A stretch of 64,000 bases of DNA from Alphaproteobacteria bacterium (GCA_965205265.1 CBDBGH010000003.1:2368001-2432000), one strand, 5' to 3'; positions 31,466 to 42,400 are shown, counted from the stretch's first letter. A program made the numbers and translations. Notes: generated from the letters alone by a model not told the origin.

Positions 31466-32587
31466 TCAGCCCTCCAGAACGGAGCCAACCGTTTCGACGG
31501 CGTCCCGAACCATCGCGTCGGCAAAATGGGTGTATTTGAGCGTCGTCTCCGCTTTGCGGTGGCCGAGGAGCCGTCCGATGGCGAGAACGGTCTCGCCCTG
31601 TTTCAGGGCAAGGGTCGCATGCGAGTGGCGCAGATCGTGAAGGCGCGCATCGCGCAATTCCGCTTCCTCGCGAACCTTCAGCCAGAACCGGTAGAGCCAC
31701 TCGCCACGCCGCGGACCGCCCGAGCGCGCTGCCGGGAATATCCAGGGGCTCGTCCGTTTGAGTGAGTCGAAAATGTTCCGGGCCGGCTGCGATAGCCATA
31801 CCGTTCGGGGACCGGTCTTGCTGTCGCGGAGAAAGAGATTGCCGTCCCGGTAGTCCGACCATCGCAGAGTAAGTACCTCGCTCTTCCGGCATCCCGTGAG
31901 CAAGAGGAGCCGGATGACGGCTACCTGAAGCGGATACCGCTTGGCGCGTGCCGACAACCTCACCGACAGGCGGCGGATTTCGTCCTCGGACAGGAACCGT
32001 TCGCGCCCTTTCCGGCGATACCGCTTGATACCCCGGCACGGGTTTGAGCCTTCCGGACGCAGACCCATCTTCTCCGCCTCCCTCATGATGACGGAAAGTA
32101 TCGGCATGGACCTGTCGGCCGCGGATGGCGTGGCGCGCAGCGAGGCGAACCAGTTCTGGACGTCCCGCCGGGCGATGTCACCAATTTCGCAGGTCGCGAA
32201 ATAGGGCATGATCTGATTCTTCAAATAGTGCCGGTTCGCATAAAGCGTTCCGGGCTTCCAGACCCGTTCGTAGCTCTGGAACACGGCCTCGGCGACGCTT
32301 TCGAAGAGCGACTCGTCGGGCCTGCCGGGTGCTTCCTCTCCGCGCCGAACTGCTGCGAGAACTTCGCTCGCCGAGGCCCGCGCCTCCTTCACGCTCATCG
32401 ACCCGCCATCGCCGACGATCTTCCAGACGCGCTCTCCTCGATGCTGACACTGGATGAAGTAGCGTTTCCGGCCGGAGGGTAGCACCCGGACGCCGAAACC
32501 CCTGAGTTTGCCATCGCGGACGTCGCGGACCGTCTTGCGGGGTTGAAGCGCCTTGACGCGCGCTTCGGTGAGAGTGACATTCGCCAT
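31466..32587 (-). CDS. Tyrosine recombinase (pair B, gene 1)
   Basis: 373-aa paralogue of 16281-17402; HDLRH, TLKY. Confidence 0.9.
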   Translation of the reverse strand: MANVTLTEARVKALQPRKTVRDVRDGKLRGFGVRVLPSGRKRYFIQCQHRGERVWKIVGDGGSMSVKEARASASEVLAAVRRGEEAPGRPDESLFESVAEAVFQSYERVWKPGTLYANRHYLKNQIMPYFATCEIGDIARRDVQNWFASLRATPSAADRSMPILSVIMREAEKMGLRPEGSNPCRGIKRYRRKGRERFLSEDEIRRLSVRLSARAKRYPLQVAVIRLLLLTGCRKSEVLTLRWSDYRDGNLFLRDSKTGPRTVWLSQPARNIFDSLKRTSPWIFPAARSGGPRRGEWLYRFWLKVREEAELRDARLHDLRHSHATLALKQGETVLAIGRLLGHRKAETTLKYTHFADAMVRDAVETVGSVLEG

Positions 32588-32713
32588 ACGTTGTCTCCCG
32601 GCTCCTGTTGCAGCCGGGGAAGCGCCGGTGGCAGTATTCGTTCCCCAGTTGCAAATTTTTAGGAGAAAAAACGACGCTATTTCAGATAGTTAGCACCCGC
32701 CGGTGCGAGGCCG

Positions 32714-33475
32714 GTGTCTAGGCTCCGCGTCCTGATCCTGGGCGGGACCGGAGAAGGAGCCGCAATCGCGCGCGCCCTGGAGGGAAAGGCCTCGATCGTG
32801 AGTTCCCTTGCGGGCCGGACGCGGCGTCCGGCTGCGCTTGCGGGCGCAGTCAGGACCGGCGGCTTCGGCGGCGCCGAGGGCCTTGCGCGCTATCTCCGCG
32901 AGCAGCGCATCGACCGGCTGATAGACGCAACGCACCCCTTTGCCGCGCGCATCTCCGCCAATGCGCGCGAGGCGGCGGAGCGGGCGGGCGTGCCCCGGCT
33001 TGCAGTCGAGCGGCCGATGTGGCGGCGGCAGCCGGGAGACCGCTGGATCTGCGTGGCCGACGCGGCGGCGGCCGCCCGGGCGCTGGCGGACCTGCCGGAC
33101 GCGGTGTTCCTGACGCTCGGCCCCGGCGACCTCGACGCCTTTGCGGGCCTGCGCGACCGGCAGTTCGTGCTGCGCCGCATCGACCCCGGCCCCTCGCCGC
33201 TCAAGGGTGCGGAGGTGGTGCTGGCGCGCGGCCCCTTCGGTCTCGCGGGGGAACGCAGGCTATTCGCGGACTACGGCGTGGGCGCGCTGGTGACGCGGGC
33301 TTCCGGCGGCCCGGCGACGGAAGCCAAGATCGCCGTGGCGCGCGAACGCGGCGTTCCGGTCGTGATGATTCGCCGCCCGCCGCCGGAACCGGGCCCGCGC
33401 GTTTCCGGTATCGAGGAGGCTGTCGCCTGGGCGCTTTCGGGGGCGCTCAGCAACGCCGGCAGCGGATCTTCCTGA
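32714..33475 (+). CDS. cobK: Precorrin-6A/cobalt-precorrin-6A reductase
   Basis: LILGGT, SLAGRT, GGFGGAEGL, DATHPFA. Confidence 0.9.
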   Translation: MSRLRVLILGGTGEGAAIARALEGKASIVSSLAGRTRRPAALAGAVRTGGFGGAEGLARYLREQRIDRLIDATHPFAARISANAREAAERAGVPRLAVERPMWRRQPGDRWICVADAAAAARALADLPDAVFLTLGPGDLDAFAGLRDRQFVLRRIDPGPSPLKGAEVVLARGPFGLAGERRLFADYGVGALVTRASGGPATEAKIAVARERGVPVVMIRRPPPEPGPRVSGIEEAVAWALSGALSNAGSGSS

Positions 33476-33632
33476 ACACCTGGTCGCGGTCGCCGTCCGC
33501 GGCCAGCCAGTCCAGCAGGCAGCGCAGCGCCTTGCCGCGGTCCGGCAGCCGGTAGTCCTTCACCACATCGTCGAGCAGCGCGAGCATGTCGGGGTTCAGC
33601 TCGACCTCGACCGTCACCTTGTCACCGGCCAT
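33447..33632 (-). CDS. Small RHH-like protein ending in CxxC
   Basis: LPDRGKALRCLLD...IRCRRC; GGAG RBS. Confidence 0.6.
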   Translation of the reverse strand: MAGDKVTVEVELNPDMLALLDDVVKDYRLPDRGKALRCLLDWLAADGDRDQVFRKIRCRRC

Positions 33633-33647
33633 CGCCTGTCCTCCCCG

Positions 33648-33779
33648 CTACAGAAGCGTTGCCGCCAGAATGACCAGCAGGAGGATCACCCCGCCGGTGG
33701 ACCAGCCGAGGAACCTGCAGAAACCGACCCAGATATGCTGGTGGCGCGCCTCTTCGGCCGCTGCATTGTATTCCGCCAT
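33648..33779 (-). CDS. aa3-type cytochrome c oxidase subunit IV-like small membrane protein (43 aa, below the ORF-track cutoff)
   Basis: MAEYNAAAEEARHQHIWVGFCRFLGWSTGGVILLLVILAATLL; GGAGG RBS. Confidence 0.6.
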   Translation of the reverse strand: MAEYNAAAEEARHQHIWVGFCRFLGWSTGGVILLLVILAATLL

Positions 33780-33839
33780 CGGACGCAAACCTCCCCCGCG
33801 AGACAAGCCGTCGGCACTATAGCCGCACGCCTGTTGCCC

Positions 33840-34463
33840 TCACTGCGACGGATTGACCGGCGAACGGTCCGGATCGACCGCCACGACCCGCTCGTTCTCC
33901 ACTCTCACGCGGCCTTCCGCAATCCAGCCGACCGCCAGCGGCAGCACATGGTGCTCGCGCGCAAGCACGCGGGCGGCCAACGTTTCTTCCGTGTCGTCCG
34001 GGCGCACCGGCACCGCCGCCTGGAGGATAATCGGCCCGGCGTCCAGCTCCGCGCGGACGAAATGCACCGTGCAGCCATGCCAGCGCACACCGGCCTCCAG
34101 AGCGCGCCTGTGCGTATCGAGGCCCCGGAACGCCGGCAGCAGCGAGGGGTGGATATTGACGGACCGGTCGCGCCAGCGATCCACGAACCCCGCCCCGAGC
34201 ACGCGCATGAAGCCCGCCAGCACGACGAGCTCCGCCCCCGCCGCCCGAAGCCCGGCATCCAGCGCATCCTCGAACGCCTCGCGGCCGGCGAAATCGCCGT
34301 GCGGCAGGGTCAATGCGGGCACGCCTGCCGCCTCAGCCCTCGCGAGGCCCTGTGCTCCTGCAACATTGGAAATCGCCACGGCGACCTTCCAGGAGGCCGC
34401 GCGCGCATCCAGCAGCGCCTGGAGGTTGCTGCCCCTGCCGGACAGCAGCACACCGACCTTCAC
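33840..34463 (-). CDS. purN: Phosphoribosylglycinamide formyltransferase
   Basis: [31 protein letters not shown]; GTGA overlap with purM. Confidence 0.95.
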   Translation of the reverse strand: MKVGVLLSGRGSNLQALLDARAASWKVAVAISNVAGAQGLARAEAAGVPALTLPHGDFAGREAFEDALDAGLRAAGAELVVLAGFMRVLGAGFVDRWRDRSVNIHPSLLPAFRGLDTHRRALEAGVRWHGCTVHFVRAELDAGPIILQAAVPVRPDDTEETLAARVLAREHHVLPLAVGWIAEGRVRVENERVVAVDPDRSPVNPSQ

Positions 34464-35506
34464 CGCCGCCACCCTTCCAGGCCGTCGAGCGTGACGCCCT
34501 CGCCTTCCACGACCTCGCCGATGCGGAAGACCGTCTCGCCCGCCGCCTCGAAACATGCCGCCAGCGCGTCGGCCCGCTCCGCTTCGACCGCAACGGTCAT
34601 GCCGATGCCGCAATTGAAGGTGCGGGCGAGCTCCGCCGGCGCGACACGGCCCGCAAGCCACGCGAAGACGGGCGGCAGGGGCCAGGCGGCGCCGTCGATC
34701 CGCATGGCGAGGCCCGGCGGCAGGCCGCGCGGCGGGTTCTCCACCAGGCCGCCGCCGGTGATATGCGCCAGCGCCCGGACCCCGCCTTCGGCGAGCGCCG
34801 CCAGCACGGGGCGGACATAGATGCGCGTCGGCCGGAGCAGCGCCTCGCCGAGCGGCGTGTCCTGGAAGGGCGACGGATCCCCGAGGTCGAGGCCTTCCCG
34901 CTCGACGATGCGGCGGACGAGCGAGAAGCCGTTGGCGTGCAGGCCGTCCGAGGCGAGGCCCAGAACGGCGTCTCCCGGCCGGGCCCCGGGCCGTTCCATC
35001 CGTTCGCGCTCGACCGCGCCGACGGCGAAACCCGCGAGGTCGTAGCGCCCGTCGGGATAGAAGCCCGGCATTTCCGCCGTCTCGCCGCCGATGAGCGCGC
35101 AGCCGGCGGCAATGCAGCCCTCCGCAATGCCTTCCACCACTGCCGCCGCCGCATCCGCGTCCAGCGCGCCGGTCGCGAAATAGTCGAGAAAAAACAGCGG
35201 CTCCGCCCCCTGCGCGGCGAGGTCGTTGACGCACATCGCCACGAGATCGATGCCGACGCCGCGATGGCGGCCGAGCGCCTGGGCGACCTCCAGCTTGGTG
35301 CCGACCCCGTCGGTTGCGGCCACCAGCACGGGATCGCGGAACCCGGCCGCGCGGAGGTCGAAGAAGCCGCCGAAACCGCCGAGCCGCGCATCCGCGCCCG
35401 GCCGCGCCGTTCGCGCCGCTGCTGGCGCGATGCGGCGCACCAGCGCTTCTCCGGCGTCGATATCGACGCCGGCCGTCTTGTAGGTCGTGCCTTCGCTGCT
35501 CGCCAT
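34460..35506 (-). CDS. purM: Phosphoribosylformylglycinamidine cyclo-ligase
   Basis: [36 protein letters not shown]. Confidence 0.95.
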   Translation of the reverse strand: MASSEGTTYKTAGVDIDAGEALVRRIAPAAARTARPGADARLGGFGGFFDLRAAGFRDPVLVAATDGVGTKLEVAQALGRHRGVGIDLVAMCVNDLAAQGAEPLFFLDYFATGALDADAAAAVVEGIAEGCIAAGCALIGGETAEMPGFYPDGRYDLAGFAVGAVERERMERPGARPGDAVLGLASDGLHANGFSLVRRIVEREGLDLGDPSPFQDTPLGEALLRPTRIYVRPVLAALAEGGVRALAHITGGGLVENPPRGLPPGLAMRIDGAAWPLPPVFAWLAGRVAPAELARTFNCGIGMTVAVEAERADALAACFEAAGETVFRIGEVVEGEGVTLDGLEGWRR

Positions 35507-35563
35507 GTTCCCTCGGGGGCGGTATAGTCCGGGCCGACAATATCCATCGGGCGAAGAGGCGCA

Positions 35564-36757
35564 ATGCGAGCGTTGTTCGGGCCGGCGGCGGCGACGACGC
35601 CGCCATCCCTGAGATTCGCCGCGTTGCGCGCGGCGGCGGCGATGACGCCGCCATCCCTGCAAACTGCCGCGTTGCACGCGGCGGCGATCCTTGCATCGCT
35701 TGCGGTCCTGTTGCCGGGCGGGCCGGCCGCCGCGAAGGTCGATCTCTATACGGTGCAGGGTATTTCCGTGGATGAGTCGGCGCCCTCGACCGCCCAGGCG
35801 AAGCGGGCCGCCATGGCCGAGGCCCGCGCGGAAGCCTTCGACACCCTCCTGCGCCGCCTGACGCTTCGCAGCGACCATGACCGGCTGCCGAACGCGGACC
35901 CCGAAGCTGCAGCGGCGGCGATGCGCAGCGTGCAGGTTCTGGATGAGCGCCAGTCGCCAGTGCGCTATATCGCGCGCGTCTCCATCGGCTTCCACCCCGA
36001 GCCGGTGCGCGCGCTGCTGCGGGAGGCCGGCATCCCGTTTTCGGAGGCCGTAAGCGGTCCCGTGGCGGTCTTTCCCGTCTATGACTGGGGGCCGCTGCGC
36101 CTCCTGTTCGAGGACGCCAACCCCTGGCGCGCGGCCTGGGCGCAGCGCCCGGCGGCGAACGAGCCGGTGCCGCTGGCGCTGCCGGCGCCCGGCGACCCCG
36201 CCATGCCTGCGGCGGACAGCGCGGCAGAGGGCGACCGCGCCCGCCTGTTGCAGGCGGCCGTCCGCATGGGCGCCCGGCGCGCGCTGGTCGCCCATGCCGT
36301 TTATCGCCTGGACGGACAGAGCCCCCGCCCGGTGCTGGAGGTCGCGCTCAGGCGCTTCGGGGCGGGCGAGGCGGCGGCGGCCGGGATGCTGCGCATCGAA
36401 GGCCGGCCCGGGGAAACGGTGGAGAGCCTCTGCGCGCGCGCCGCGGCCGCGGCGGCGACGCAAATCCAGGAAAGCTGGAAGCGCGCCAATCTGGTCGCAG
36501 CCGACACGCCGGCGGAGCCGTTCGAGGCGACGGCATCGCTCGGCGGGCTCGGCGACCTCATCGCGGTGAAGGATGCGCTCAAGGCGGCCGGCGGCGTGCG
36601 GCAGGTCCGGCTCGTCGAACTCGCCCGCAGCCGGGCGGTCTTCCGGTTCCGCTTCGCGGGCGGTGCGGAGCGCCTCGGCGGCGTGCTGGAACGACAGGGC
36701 CTCGCGCTCGAACGGGGCGGCGGCAATGCCTGGACGCTCCGCCCGCTGGACCGCTGA
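35564..36757 (+). CDS. DUF2066-family exported protein
   Basis: [10 protein letters not shown]...A...A; lies divergent from purM, the usual position; start codon uncertain. Confidence 0.7.
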   Translation: MRALFGPAAATTPPSLRFAALRAAAAMTPPSLQTAALHAAAILASLAVLLPGGPAAAKVDLYTVQGISVDESAPSTAQAKRAAMAEARAEAFDTLLRRLTLRSDHDRLPNADPEAAAAAMRSVQVLDERQSPVRYIARVSIGFHPEPVRALLREAGIPFSEAVSGPVAVFPVYDWGPLRLLFEDANPWRAAWAQRPAANEPVPLALPAPGDPAMPAADSAAEGDRARLLQAAVRMGARRALVAHAVYRLDGQSPRPVLEVALRRFGAGEAAAAGMLRIEGRPGETVESLCARAAAAAATQIQESWKRANLVAADTPAEPFEATASLGGLGDLIAVKDALKAAGGVRQVRLVELARSRAVFRFRFAGGAERLGGVLERQGLALERGGGNAWTLRPLDR

Positions 36758-36775
36758 GGCCGGCGCGACCGGGCG

Positions 36776-37333
36776 ATGACCTGGCCGAACGCGATCACGC
36801 TTGCCCGCTTGCTGGCGGTGCCGCTGGCCGTCTGGCTGGTAGTGCGCGGCTGGTACGAGGCGGCGCTCTGGCTGTTCCTGCTCGCCGGCCTTTCCGACGC
36901 CGTGGACGGCTGGCTGGCGCGACGGCTCGGGCAGGTGTCCCGCCTCGGCAGCCTGCTCGACCCGGTCGCCGACAAGGCGCTGCTGGTCTCGGTCTTCATC
37001 TCCCTCGGCGTCCGCGACCTGCTGCCCGCCTGGCTCGTGATCCTGGTGGTGTTCCGCGACGCGCTGATCGTCTCCGGCTGGCTGCTCGGCCAGATGCTCA
37101 TGCCGTCCGCCCAGCCGGTGCGGCCGCACTGGACGAGCAAGCTGAACACCTGCGTGCAGCTTGCCTTCGCCGCGGGCGTGCTCGCCATGCTGGCCTGGCA
37201 GTTCCATATCCCGGTCGCCCTGGAGGCCGCCTGCGCCGTCGTCGGCGTGACGACGGCCGTGTCCGGCGGGGTCTATGTCGTCACCTGGATGCGCGGCATG
37301 ATGCGGCTCGAACGCGGAGGCGGTGCGGCGTGA
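36776..37333 (+). CDS. CDP-alcohol phosphatidyltransferase
   Basis: [15 protein letters not shown]...G.LLDPVADK. Confidence 0.9.
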   Translation: MTWPNAITLARLLAVPLAVWLVVRGWYEAALWLFLLAGLSDAVDGWLARRLGQVSRLGSLLDPVADKALLVSVFISLGVRDLLPAWLVILVVFRDALIVSGWLLGQMLMPSAQPVRPHWTSKLNTCVQLAFAAGVLAMLAWQFHIPVALEAACAVVGVTTAVSGGVYVVTWMRGMMRLERGGGAA

Positions 37334-38394
37334 GTCCTGCGAAGCAAACCGGAGTCTGGCTTCTTGTCGCGCTCGGGGCGGTGCTCTTCCTCGCGCTTTT
37401 CCAGGACATATTGCTGCCCTTCGTCGCCGGCATCGCCATCGCCTATTTCCTCGATCCGCTTGTTGACCGGCTGGAGCGGCGCGGCGTCGGGCGGACGGTC
37501 GGGGCCCTGCTCGTGCTCGCCGGCTTCGCAGTGGCGAGCTTCGGCATGCTGCTGCTGCTCGTGCCGGTGGTGAACGCCCAGCTCGGCGGTCTCGCCGCCG
37601 CGCTGCCCGGCTATATCGAGACCCTGGAGCAGGCCGTCTCGCGGGTGACGGCGCGGCTGCAGGCGGAGTTCTCGCCGGAGGACATGGAGGGCATCCGCCG
37701 GGCGCTGGCCGGCCATGTCGCCACCGCCGCCGGCTGGGCGGGCGAGATCGCCGGGCGCGTGCTGGGCAGCGGGCTCGCGATCGTCAACCTGCTCGGCCTC
37801 GCGATCGTCACGCCCGTCGTCGCCTTCTACCTGCTGCGCGACTGGGACCGGATCGTCTCCGCCATGGACGGCCTGCTGCCGCGCCGGAGCGCGCCCGTCA
37901 TCCGCAAGCAGGCGGCGCTGATCGACGCCACGCTTGCCGGCTTCGTGCGCGGCCAGGCCACGGTCTGCATCCTGCTCGGCCTCGGCTACGGGTGCCTGCT
38001 GATGCTCGCCGGGCTCGATTTCGGCTTCATCGTCGGCATCTTCTCGGGCCTGGTTTCCTTCATCCCCTATGTCGGCAGCGTGCTGGGCGGGTTGATTTCC
38101 ATCGGGCTCGCGCTCGATCAGTTCGAGTCGCTCTGGCGGGTGGCGCTGGTCGCCGCGATCTTCGTCGCCGGGCAGGCCGTCGAGGGCAACTATCTCACCC
38201 CGAAGCTGGTGGGAGACCGGGTGGGCCTGCATCCGGTCTGGGTGATCTTCGCGCTGTTTGCCGGCGGGTCGCTGCTGGGCTTCGTCGGCATGCTGGTCGC
38301 CCTGCCGGCGGCTGCGGCCATCGGGGTGCTGGCGCGCTTCGCCATCGAGCAATACCGGGAGAGCCGCCTTTATGGCTCCGATGACGCGCCTTAG
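37330..38394 (+). CDS. AI-2E family transporter (PerM-like)
   Basis: [31 protein letters not shown]. Confidence 0.9.
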   Translation: MSPAKQTGVWLLVALGAVLFLALFQDILLPFVAGIAIAYFLDPLVDRLERRGVGRTVGALLVLAGFAVASFGMLLLLVPVVNAQLGGLAAALPGYIETLEQAVSRVTARLQAEFSPEDMEGIRRALAGHVATAAGWAGEIAGRVLGSGLAIVNLLGLAIVTPVVAFYLLRDWDRIVSAMDGLLPRRSAPVIRKQAALIDATLAGFVRGQATVCILLGLGYGCLLMLAGLDFGFIVGIFSGLVSFIPYVGSVLGGLISIGLALDQFESLWRVALVAAIFVAGQAVEGNYLTPKLVGDRVGLHPVWVIFALFAGGSLLGFVGMLVALPAAAAIGVLARFAIEQYRESRLYGSDDAP

Positions 38395-38659
38395 CCCGCA
38401 TTTCTCACCAGGGTCATGGTCTGCGCGGCGCTGTCGGGCCGGCAGGGTAGGAGAGCCGCGCCGCGCGATGCGGGGCATCGGGCAAGCGGCTCGACGCAGC
38501 CTGCCGGCCCGACAGCGCCGCCTTTCGGGTCGTGCCCAGGCGTCCGCCCGCGGCGTCGCGGCCCTCAAGCGTAGGCTCCGCTACGCTTTTCGGCCCACTC
38601 CTTGCGGAGCGAACGCCTGGACAGCGACGCAGGCCGTGACCCTGGTGAGAAATGCGGGC
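38394..38659. mobile_element. MITE (266 bp) with 23-bp TIRs and TA duplication
   Basis: TA-GCCCGCATTTCTCACCAGGGTCA ... TGACCCTGGTGAGAAATGCGGGC-TA. Confidence 0.85.
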
Positions 38660-39365
38660 TAGTCGGCAATTCGTCCTGCATCTCGGCCACCGCGCGGCCA
38701 TGGGCGCCGAGGACTTTCTGGTCGCCGACAGCAATGCCGAAGCGGTGTCCTGGATCGACCGCTGGCCGGACTGGCCGGCCCCGGCGCTGACGGTCTGGGG
38801 GCCGGCGGGTTCGGGCAAGACGCATCTCGCCCATGTCTGGCGCGCAAGGAGCGGCGCCGTCACGGTCCCGCCGGCGGCGCTGGCGGAGGCCAATCCGGTC
38901 AACCTGCTCGGCGGGCGCGAGCATCTCGTCATCGACGGGGCGGACGGCGCGGTGGACGAGCTTGCCCTGCTGCATCTCTACAACCTGCTGGCGGGACGGG
39001 GCGGCTCGCTGCTGTTGACGGCGGCCGCGCCGCCCTCGCGCTGGGAACTCAGGACCGCGGACCTCGCCTCGCGCCTCGCGGCCGGCCCGGCCGTCGCCAT
39101 CCGCCCGCCCGACGACCGCCTGCTCGAAGCCGTGCTCGCCAAGCAATTCGCCGACCGGCAGATCGGGATCGGCCAGGAGGTGCTCGACCTGCTGCTTCGG
39201 CGCATCGAGCGCAGTTTCGCCGCGGCGCGTCGTGCGGTAGATATTCTGGACCGCGCCGCACTGGCCGGCCGGCGCCGCATCACCGCGGGCCTCGTGCGGG
39301 AACTGCTTGCCGAAGGGGCATTCGAACAGGGGGAGGACAGTCATGGATCTCGGAATCGCGGGTAA
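38652..39365 (+). CDS. hda: DnaA regulatory inactivator Hda-like ATPase
   Basis: DFLVADSN, GPAGSGKTHL, DLASRL, IERS. Confidence 0.8.
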   Translation: MRASRQFVLHLGHRAAMGAEDFLVADSNAEAVSWIDRWPDWPAPALTVWGPAGSGKTHLAHVWRARSGAVTVPPAALAEANPVNLLGGREHLVIDGADGAVDELALLHLYNLLAGRGGSLLLTAAAPPSRWELRTADLASRLAAGPAVAIRPPDDRLLEAVLAKQFADRQIGIGQEVLDLLLRRIERSFAAARRAVDILDRAALAGRRRITAGLVRELLAEGAFEQGEDSHGSRNRG

Positions 39366-40122
39366 GCGGGCCATTGTCGGCGCCGCCAGCAAGGGGCTCG
39401 GCAAGGGCTGCGCCATGGCGCTCGCCGAGGAGGGCGTGCATCTGGTCATCAACGCCCGCACGGCCTCGGAACTCGAGGCGACGGCGGAGGAAATCCGCGC
39501 CGCCGCCGGCGTCGAGGTGAAGGCCGTCGCCGGCGACATCACGCAGCCCGAGGTCCGGCAGGCGATCCTCGCCGCTTGCCCCGAACCGGACATACTGGTG
39601 ACCAATGCCGGCGGCCCGGCGCCCGGCAATTTCCGCACCGACACGCGCGAGCGCTGGCTCGCGGCGCTGGAGGCCCAGCTTCTCGGCCATGCCGAGATGA
39701 TTACCGCTGTGGTGGACGGCATGGCCGAGCGCGGCTTCGGGCGGATCGTCAACATCACCTCGCAATCGACCAAGATGCCGGTGCCCAATCTCGGCCTCTC
39801 GACATCGGCGCGCCTGGCGCTCCAGGGCTTCTGCAACACCATCTGCCGCGAGGTCGTGGACCGCAATGTCGTCATCAACAACCTGCTGCCGGGGCCGTTC
39901 GACACCGACCGGCTGCAAAGCGGCATCGTCCATGCAGCAAAGCAGGCCGGCATCGACGTGGACGCAGCGCGCAAGCAGCGCATGGCCGCAACGCCGGCCG
40001 GGCGTTTCGGCACGGCCGAGGAGTTCGGCAAGGTCTGCGCCTTTCTCTGCAGCGAGCATGTCGGCTTCATGACCGCCAACAGCGTGCTGATGGACGGCGG
40101 GCTCTATCCGGGGACCTTCTGA
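39343..40122 (+). CDS. SDR-family oxidoreductase
   Basis: AASKGLG, TNAGGP, GRIVNITS, DGG. Confidence 0.9.
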   Translation: MDLGIAGKRAIVGAASKGLGKGCAMALAEEGVHLVINARTASELEATAEEIRAAAGVEVKAVAGDITQPEVRQAILAACPEPDILVTNAGGPAPGNFRTDTRERWLAALEAQLLGHAEMITAVVDGMAERGFGRIVNITSQSTKMPVPNLGLSTSARLALQGFCNTICREVVDRNVVINNLLPGPFDTDRLQSGIVHAAKQAGIDVDAARKQRMAATPAGRFGTAEEFGKVCAFLCSEHVGFMTANSVLMDGGLYPGTF

Positions 40123-40193
40123 GCCGTGCGCGGCGCGGCCATTCGCGCTCCGCAGCGCAGAGGCGGCGCGGCGGCGCGGGAAGCGGGACGGAT

Positions 40194-40796
40194 ATGCTGA
40201 GAGCGGGCGATCTCGACCATTTCGTGCACGCGCTCGGCCGTGCGGTGCGAGAGGCGGTGCCGCCGGGCGGGCCGGAAGCGGCGCTTGCGGCGCGCATATT
40301 CGATGCGCTGGAGACGCCGGGAGAACTGCCGCCCGACGGTCTGAAGCCGAGCCGCCCCGCCCCGGCCGAGGCGCTGGACGCGGCATTCGCGCTCGCGGCG
40401 CAGGGGCCGGAGCCGGTGCAGCATGCGGCGGGCGCGCTCCGGGCGATGGACCCCCGGCTGGCATGGGGGCCGAGGCTCGGCAGCGAGGACGACCCGGCCT
40501 TCCGCAAGGCCCATGCCAACGCCGTGCTGACGGGCGCGGACGGTCTCGAACGGCGCGAGGATGTCCGCGTCGGGGTAAGTCTTGTGGCGCCGCACACCGA
40601 CTATCCGAGGCACAACCACCCGCCGGAGGAGCTCTATTTCGTGCTCGCGCCCGGCGACTGGTGGCGCGAGGACCTGGGCTGGCGGGCGCGGCCGGCGGGC
40701 AGCATCCAGCACAACCCGCCCCATGCCTGGCACGCCATGCGCACGGGCGAAACGCCGCTGCTCGCCGTCTGGTGCCTCTGGACGGCGGACGCCTGA
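40194..40796 (+). CDS. Cupin of the DMSP-lyase-like family
   Basis: YPRHNHPPEELY...HNPPHAWHAMRT...PLLAVW. Confidence 0.65.
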   Translation: MLRAGDLDHFVHALGRAVREAVPPGGPEAALAARIFDALETPGELPPDGLKPSRPAPAEALDAAFALAAQGPEPVQHAAGALRAMDPRLAWGPRLGSEDDPAFRKAHANAVLTGADGLERREDVRVGVSLVAPHTDYPRHNHPPEELYFVLAPGDWWREDLGWRARPAGSIQHNPPHAWHAMRTGETPLLAVWCLWTADA

Positions 40797-40860
40797 CGCC
40801 CGCGGCGAGAGGCGGGCATGGCGGTTCCGGCCATGACCGCTCAGTGAAATCCGGGCTAGA

Positions 40861-42126
40861 ATGGCCGCAATGCAGCGTTATTCGATCTTTTCGCTTCTGA
40901 GGGGCGCGCTCTCCGGGCATCGGGACTGGAAGCCGGCCTGGCGCGCGCCGGCGCCGAAACCCTCCTACGACGTCGTCATCGTCGGCGGCGGGGGACACGG
41001 CCTCGCCACCGCCTACTACCTCGCCCGCAACCACGGCATCGCGAATGTCGCCGTGCTGGAGCGCGGCTGGATCGGCGGCGGCAATACCGGTCGCAACACC
41101 ACCATCGTACGGTCCAACTACCTGCTGCCGGAAAACCAGCGTTTCTACGAACATTCGCTGAAGCTCTGGGAAGGGCTGAGCCGCGACCTCAACTACAATG
41201 TGATGTTCTCGCCACGCGGCGTCATCAACGTCTTCCACACCGACGCCCAGCGCGATTACTGGGTGCGCCGGCACAACGGCATGCGCTACGCCGGCATAGA
41301 CGCGGAACTGCTGACCCGTGCCGACCTGGCGCGGCTCGTCCCGGCGCTCAACCTCTCGCCGGACATCCGCCATCCCATCGTCGGCGGCGTGATGCAGCCG
41401 CGCGGCGGCGTCGCCCGCCACGACGCCGTCGCGTGGGGCTATGCGCGCGCCGCAGACGCGCTCGGGGTGGACATCATCCAGGACTGCGAGGTGACCGGCA
41501 TCGACATCCAGTCCGGCAGGGTGGCGGGGCTGCAGACCAGCCGCGGACCCATCGGGGCCGGCCGGGTCGGCCTTGCCGTCGCCGGGCATTCCTCGCGCCT
41601 TGCGGAAATGGCGGGCATCCGCCTGCCCATCGAGACGCATCTGCTGACCGCGACGGTCTCGGAGCCGGTCAAACCCTTTATCGACACCGTCGTCTCGATC
41701 GCCGCAACGCATGCCTATGTGAGCCAGACCGACAAGGGCGAAGTGCTGATCGGCGGCAGCCTGGACGGCTACAATTCCTGGTCGCAGCGCGGCAGCCCGG
41801 CGCGCCTGGAGGACATACTGGCGTCGGTCTCGGAATATTTCCCGCGCGTCTCGCGCCTGCGCCAGCTACGGCACTGGGCAGGCGTCATGGACATGAGCAT
41901 GGACGGGAGTCCCATCATCGCCAAACTGCCGGTGGAGGGCCTCGCCATGACCGGCGGCTGGTGCTACGGCGGCTTCAAGGCCACGCCCGCCTCCGGCTGG
42001 TGCCTCGCCTGGACGCTCGCCAACGACGCCCCGCATGCGCTGAATGCGCCGTTCTCGCTCGAGCGCTTCCGCACCGGCGCCGTGCTGGACGAGAACGGCG
42101 CCGGACCCGTGGCGTGGGGACATTGA
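40861..42126 (+). CDS. soxB: Sarcosine oxidase beta subunit
   Basis: GGGGHGLATAYYLA, GGNTGRNTTIVRSNY, GGFKATP. Confidence 0.9.
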   Translation: MAAMQRYSIFSLLRGALSGHRDWKPAWRAPAPKPSYDVVIVGGGGHGLATAYYLARNHGIANVAVLERGWIGGGNTGRNTTIVRSNYLLPENQRFYEHSLKLWEGLSRDLNYNVMFSPRGVINVFHTDAQRDYWVRRHNGMRYAGIDAELLTRADLARLVPALNLSPDIRHPIVGGVMQPRGGVARHDAVAWGYARAADALGVDIIQDCEVTGIDIQSGRVAGLQTSRGPIGAGRVGLAVAGHSSRLAEMAGIRLPIETHLLTATVSEPVKPFIDTVVSIAATHAYVSQTDKGEVLIGGSLDGYNSWSQRGSPARLEDILASVSEYFPRVSRLRQLRHWAGVMDMSMDGSPIIAKLPVEGLAMTGGWCYGGFKATPASGWCLAWTLANDAPHALNAPFSLERFRTGAVLDENGAGPVAWGH

Positions 42127-42139
42127 GGGGACGCGGACC

Positions 42140-42400
42140 ATGCTTCTGATACCCTGCCCTTTCTGCGGTGCGCGCGACGAGACGGAGTTCGCCTATGGCG
42201 GCGAAGCCGGAATCGAGCGCCCGGCGGACCCCGAGGCCGCAACCGACGAGGCCTGGACGGACTATCTCTGCTTCCACGACAACCCGAAGGGTCCGCATCG
42301 CGAGCTCTGGTTCCACCGCGACGGCTGCCGGCGCTGGCTGGAGGTCGAACGCGACACCTACAGCTACGATCTGGGCGCGGTGCGGCTGAGCCGGCCATGA
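42140..42400 (+). CDS. soxD: Sarcosine oxidase delta subunit
   Basis: CPFCGAR..EF.YGG, ELWFHRDGCRRW. Confidence 0.9.
   Translation: MLLIPCPFCGARDETEFAYGGEAGIERPADPEAATDEAWTDYLCFHDNPKGPHRELWFHRDGCRRWLEVERDTYSYDLGAVRLSRP

Noticed and set aside
34460-37207. 915-aa purM ORF and 618-aa purN ORF as fusions
   Set aside because: Upstream extensions are antisense or alternate frames of neighbouring genes; homology starts at 35506 and 34463
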